From assembly GCA_965248535.1 (NCBI GenBank), contig CBDFJR010000005.1:1888001-1952000 (forward strand): a stretch of DNA of 64,000 nucleotides. Direction: 5' to 3'. Shown one piece after another: positions 59,937 through 64,000 of the stretch (positions are counted from its first letter, which is position 1; every line of letters begins with the position of its first letter). This stretch comes from Phormidesmis sp. (GTDB taxonomy: Bacteria; Cyanobacteriota; Cyanobacteriia; Leptolyngbyales; Leptolyngbyaceae). Position numbers and translations under genes: made by a program. The notes under the pieces are model-generated. The model did not search any database and was not told the DNA's origin. It worked only from the letters and a program-made list of their open reading frames with translations.

Positions 59937-62900
59937 ATGACTGAGCAGACATACACCACCCCCGCCTTTGTTTTGCCGGATCTGGTCGAAATTCAACGGG
60001 CTAGCTTTCGCTGGTTTCTTGAAGAAGGCTTGATCGAAGAACTCGACAGCTTTTCACCGATTACTGACTATACAGGCAAGCTTGAGCTTCACTTTTTAGG
60101 CAAAGACTTCAAGCTGAAGCGCCCTAAATATGACGTTGACGAGGCCAAGCGCCGCGACAGCACCTACGCCGTGCAAATGTATGTGCCCACTCGCCTGATC
60201 AATAAAGAGACGGGAGAAATCAAAGAGCAAGAAGTCTTTATTGGCGATTTGCCCCTGATGACCGATCGCGGCACCTTTATCATCAACGGTGCTGAACGAG
60301 TGATTGTCAATCAGATCGTTCGTAGCCCCGGTGTTTACTACAAGTCAGAAACCGACAAAAACGGACGACGCACCTATAATGCCAGCTTGATCCCTAACCG
60401 CGGTGCGTGGCTCAAGTTCGAGACCGATAAAAACGATCTGGTCTGGGTGCGGATTGATAAAACTCGCAAGCTCTCTGCTCAAGTTTTGCTGAAGGCCTTA
60501 GGGTTAAGTGATGGCGAGATTTTTGACGCGCTGCGTCACCCTGAATATTTTCAGAAAACGATCGAGAAAGAAGGTCAGTTTGGCGAAGAAGAAGCGCTGA
60601 TGGAGCTTTACCGCAAACTTCGTCCCGGTGAGCCTCCTACGGTCTCTGGCGGTGCTCAACTTCTAGAGTCTCGTTTCTTTGATCCCAAACGCTACGACTT
60701 GGGCAAAGTAGGACGCTATAAGCTGAACAAAAAGCTTCGCCTCAACGTTCCTGAAGGGGTGCGGGTGCTGACTCCGCAAGATATCTTGTCGGCAATCGAC
60801 TATTTGATCAACCTAGAGTTCGACACGGGAAGTATTGACGATATTGACCACTTAGGCAACCGTCGAGTGCGATCGGTGGGTGAGCTTTTGCAAAACCAGG
60901 TGCGAGTCGGTCTAAACCGCCTAGAGAGAATTATCCGAGAACGCATGACGGTCTCGGATGCTGACTCCCTAACTCCGGCTTCATTAGTCAACCCAAAACC
61001 ACTGGTAGCTGCAATCAAGGAGTTTTTTGGCTCTTCTCAGCTATCGCAGTTTATGGATCAGACCAACCCACTCGCAGAGTTAACCCACAAGCGGCGCATC
61101 AGTGCGCTTGGCCCGGGTGGTTTGACACGAGAACGGGCAGGCTTTGCAGTTCGAGACATTCACCCCTCTCACTACGGGCGAATCTGCCCCATTGAGACTC
61201 CTGAAGGCCCCAACGCAGGTCTGATTGGTTCGTTGGCCACTCACGCTCGTGTGAACGCCTACGGATTCATTGAGACCCCTTACTACGCTGTCGAAAACGG
61301 TCGGGTTGTAAAGGAGAATGCTCCAATCTACATGACGGCCGACGAGGAAGACGATCTGCGGGTTGCCGCAGGTGACATCACGATGGATGAAAACGGCTAC
61401 ATCATCAGCGAAGAGGTGGCCGTTCGCTATCGGCAAGACTTCACGGTTGCCACCCCTCAAGAGGTGGACTACGTAGCGATTTCTCCGGTGCAAATCATCT
61501 CGGTGGCAACGTCGCTGATTCCCTTTTTAGAGCACGATGACGCAAACCGAGCGCTCATGGGGTCAAACATGCAGCGTCAGGCGGTGCCTCTGCTGCGCCC
61601 TGAGCGTCCTTTAGTCGGAACTGGCTTAGAAGCGCAGGCGGCTCGTGACTCTGGGATGGTGGTTGTGAGCCGCACCGATGGCGAAGTCACCTTTGTTGAT
61701 GCCGATCGTATCCGGGTTCGCGATCCTCAAAGTGGCAAAGATATTAGCTACGCTTTGCAGAAATATCAGCGATCGAACCAAGATACTTGTCTAAACCAAC
61801 GCCCGATCGTATTTGTGGGCGACAAAGTGATCGCGGGTCAAATTCTAGCAGATGGCTCGGCCACTGAAAAAGGCGAACTGGCCCTCGGTCAAAACATTCT
61901 CGTGGCCTATATGCCGTGGGAAGGCTACAACTATGAGGACGCGATTCTGATCAGTGAACGCCTAGTTCAAGAAGACGTTTACACCTCCATCCACGTTGAA
62001 AAATTTGAAATTGAGGCCCGTCAAACCAAGCTAGGGCCCGAAGAAATCACCCGTGAAATTCCCAACGTTGGTGAAGATGCCCTGCGGCAGCTAGACGAGA
62101 CAGGCATTATTCGCATCGGGGCGTGGGTCGAGTCAGGTGACATTCTCGTCGGCAAAGTGACTCCCAAAGGAGAATCTGATCAGCCTCCTGAAGAGAAACT
62201 ACTGCGCGCCATTTTTGGTGAGAAAGCTAGAGACGTGCGAGACAATTCCCTGCGGGTGCCCAACGGTGAAAAAGGTCGGATTGTTGATGTGCGCGTGTTC
62301 ACTCGTGAGCAAGGCGACGAACTGCCGCCAGGCGCTAACATGGTCGTTCGCGTTTATGTGGCCCAGAAGCGCAAAATCCAGGTCGGAGACAAGATGGCGG
62401 GTCGTCACGGCAACAAAGGGATTATTTCTCGGATTTTGCCGATCGAAGACATGCCCTATCTCCCCGATGGCAAGCCCGTTGACATTGTGCTCAACCCGCT
62501 AGGGGTGCCGAGCCGGATGAACGTCGGTCAAGTCTATGAGTGTCTGTTAGGCTGGGCGGCTGAAAATCTGAACGTTCGCTTCAAGGTGGTGCCATTTGAC
62601 GAAATGCACGGGGAAGAGAAGTCTAGAGAAACCGTCCACGACAAGATCAGCGAGGCGCAAGACAAGCGGATTAAGTCAACGGGTGGGCAAGACGGCTACT
62701 GGCTGTTTAACCCCGACAACCCTGGCAAGATTCAGGTCTATGACGGGCGGACAGGAGAAGCCTTCGATCGTCCGGTGACCGTCGGCAAAGCCTATATGCT
62801 GAAGCTGGTTCACCTAGTTGACGACAAGATTCACGCTCGTTCGACGGGGCCTTATTCTCTGGTGACTCAGCAACCCTTGGGTGGCAAAGCTCAACAGGGT

Positions 62901-63260
62901 GGTCAGCGATTTGGAGAGATGGAAGTGTGGGCACTGGAGGCGTTTGGTGCTGCCTATACCCTGCAAGAATTGCTGACCGTCAAGTCAGACGATATGCAGG
63001 GACGAAACGAAGCGCTGAACGCGATCGTCAAAGGCAAAGCTATTCCTCGCCCTGGCACCCCAGAGTCCTTCAAGGTGTTGATGCGTGAGCTTCAGTCCCT
63101 CTGTCTTGATGTCGCAGTCCACAAGGTCGAAACCAAAGAAGACGGCAGCAGCAAGGATATGGAAGTTGACCTGATGGCCGACGTGAACAGCCGCCGCGCT
63201 CCGTCTAGACCGACTTACGAATCCATCTCTAGAGATGCGATGGACGACGAAGAAGACTAA
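59937..63260 (+). CDS. rpoB: RNA polymerase subunit beta
   Basis: '[12 protein letters not shown]', 'GGQRFGEME'. Confidence 0.99.
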   Translation: MTEQTYTTPAFVLPDLVEIQRASFRWFLEEGLIEELDSFSPITDYTGKLELHFLGKDFKLKRPKYDVDEAKRRDSTYAVQMYVPTRLINKETGEIKEQEVFIGDLPLMTDRGTFIINGAERVIVNQIVRSPGVYYKSETDKNGRRTYNASLIPNRGAWLKFETDKNDLVWVRIDKTRKLSAQVLLKALGLSDGEIFDALRHPEYFQKTIEKEGQFGEEEALMELYRKLRPGEPPTVSGGAQLLESRFFDPKRYDLGKVGRYKLNKKLRLNVPEGVRVLTPQDILSAIDYLINLEFDTGSIDDIDHLGNRRVRSVGELLQNQVRVGLNRLERIIRERMTVSDADSLTPASLVNPKPLVAAIKEFFGSSQLSQFMDQTNPLAELTHKRRISALGPGGLTRERAGFAVRDIHPSHYGRICPIETPEGPNAGLIGSLATHARVNAYGFIETPYYAVENGRVVKENAPIYMTADEEDDLRVAAGDITMDENGYIISEEVAVRYRQDFTVATPQEVDYVAISPVQIISVATSLIPFLEHDDANRALMGSNMQRQAVPLLRPERPLVGTGLEAQAARDSGMVVVSRTDGEVTFVDADRIRVRDPQSGKDISYALQKYQRSNQDTCLNQRPIVFVGDKVIAGQILADGSATEKGELALGQNILVAYMPWEGYNYEDAILISERLVQEDVYTSIHVEKFEIEARQTKLGPEEITREIPNVGEDALRQLDETGIIRIGAWVESGDILVGKVTPKGESDQPPEEKLLRAIFGEKARDVRDNSLRVPNGEKGRIVDVRVFTREQGDELPPGANMVVRVYVAQKRKIQVGDKMAGRHGNKGIISRILPIEDMPYLPDGKPVDIVLNPLGVPSRMNVGQVYECLLGWAAENLNVRFKVVPFDEMHGEEKSRETVHDKISEAQDKRIKSTGGQDGYWLFNPDNPGKIQVYDGRTGEAFDRPVTVGKAYMLKLVHLVDDKIHARSTGPYSLVTQQPLGGKAQQGGQRFGEMEVWALEAFGAAYTLQELLTVKSDDMQGRNEALNAIVKGKAIPRPGTPESFKVLMRELQSLCLDVAVHKVETKEDGSSKDMEVDLMADVNSRRAPSRPTYESISRDAMDDEED

Positions 63261-63365
63261 AGAGAGGGGTGGTGAGGGGTCAGACTTTCTCCCTTCGCCA
63301 CCTGGCTGATCTCTTGTTCTCGATACATTTTTCTAGCAGCAATTGAATAGAGGAACCAAGACGCG

Positions 63366-64000
63366 ATGCCCAAGCTAGAGCAGCGATTTGACTATGTAAA
63401 GATTGGTCTGGCATCTCCCGATCGTATCCGTCAGTGGGGAGAAAGAACCTTACCCAACGGGCAAGTCGTGGGTGAAGTCACCAAACCAGAAACCATTAAC
63501 TACCGCACCCTCAAGCCTGAAATGGATGGCTTATTCTGCGAACGAATCTTTGGGCCCGCCAAAGACTGGGAATGCCACTGCGGGAAATATAAGCGGGTGC
63601 GGCACCGCGGCATTGTTTGCGAGCGCTGCGGCGTAGAAGTGACCGAATCGCGAGTGCGTCGTCATCGCATGGGCTATATCAAACTCGCGGCCCCGGTGGC
63701 TCACGTTTGGTATTTGAAGGGCATTCCCAGCTATATGGCAATTTTGCTCGATATGCCCCTGCGGGATGTTGAGCAGATCGTCTACTTTAACGCCTATGTG
63801 GTGCTCAATGCGGGCAACGCAGAGCAGCTAACCTATAAGCAACTGCTCACCGAAGATCAGTGGATTGAAATTGAAGACGAACTCTACAGCGAAGACTCAA
63901 AGCTGTCGGGCATTGAGGTTGGCATCGGCGCAGAAGCGCTTCAGCGCCTGCTGCAAGATATTAAACTCGATAGCGAAGCCGAGCAACTGCGAGAAGACAT
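63366..64000 (+). CDS. rpoC1: RNA polymerase subunit gamma (partial, runs off the window)
   Basis: Read manually: [24 protein letters not shown]...[25 protein letters not shown]. Confidence 0.97.
   Translation, partial: MPKLEQRFDYVKIGLASPDRIRQWGERTLPNGQVVGEVTKPETINYRTLKPEMDGLFCERIFGPAKDWECHCGKYKRVRHRGIVCERCGVEVTESRVRRHRMGYIKLAAPVAHVWYLKGIPSYMAILLDMPLRDVEQIVYFNAYVVLNAGNAEQLTYKQLLTEDQWIEIEDELYSEDSKLSGIEVGIGAEALQRLLQDIKLDSEAEQLRED

Noticed and set aside
1..64000. Abundant GCGATCGC palindromes as a novel repeat
   Set aside because: Known cyanobacterial HIP1

Overview
Cyanobacterial chromosomal window: the HIP1 octamer GCGATCGC is frequent and rpoB is followed by a separate rpoC1. (1) About 1-37 kb is a large surface/exopolysaccharide region with many glycosyltransferases, a Wzc-like tyrosine autokinase, a WecB/TagA-family GT, an ABC exporter, sugar oxidoreductases and a beta-helix glycanase. 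It also holds a UbiA phosphoribosyltransferase-HAD phosphatase-SMR operon interrupted by a tnpB-only IS200/IS605 element. (2) 38.2-42.8 kb is a tight operon (DUF4331-like secreted protein, TPR protein, small protein, His-rich NicO/RcnA-type permease) whose predicted mature N-termini look like Ni/Cu-binding motifs. (3) The rest is mostly housekeeping: FAD oxidoreductase, XPB-like helicase, RluA, rplU-rpmA, hemB, frameshifted aroE, hisD, rpsT, tatD, rpoB, partial rpoC1. (4) Between rpmA and hemB is a 3.9-kb island bounded by a perfect 36-bp direct repeat ending in HIP1. It contains an integrase-less integron-type cassette (SAM-methyltransferase-like plus AlkB genes). The cassette's attC is split by an ORF-less group IIC intron, and its other end abuts an unexplained array of three dyad sites with exact 42-bp periodicity. 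All family assignments come from motif recognition by eye; no searches were run.
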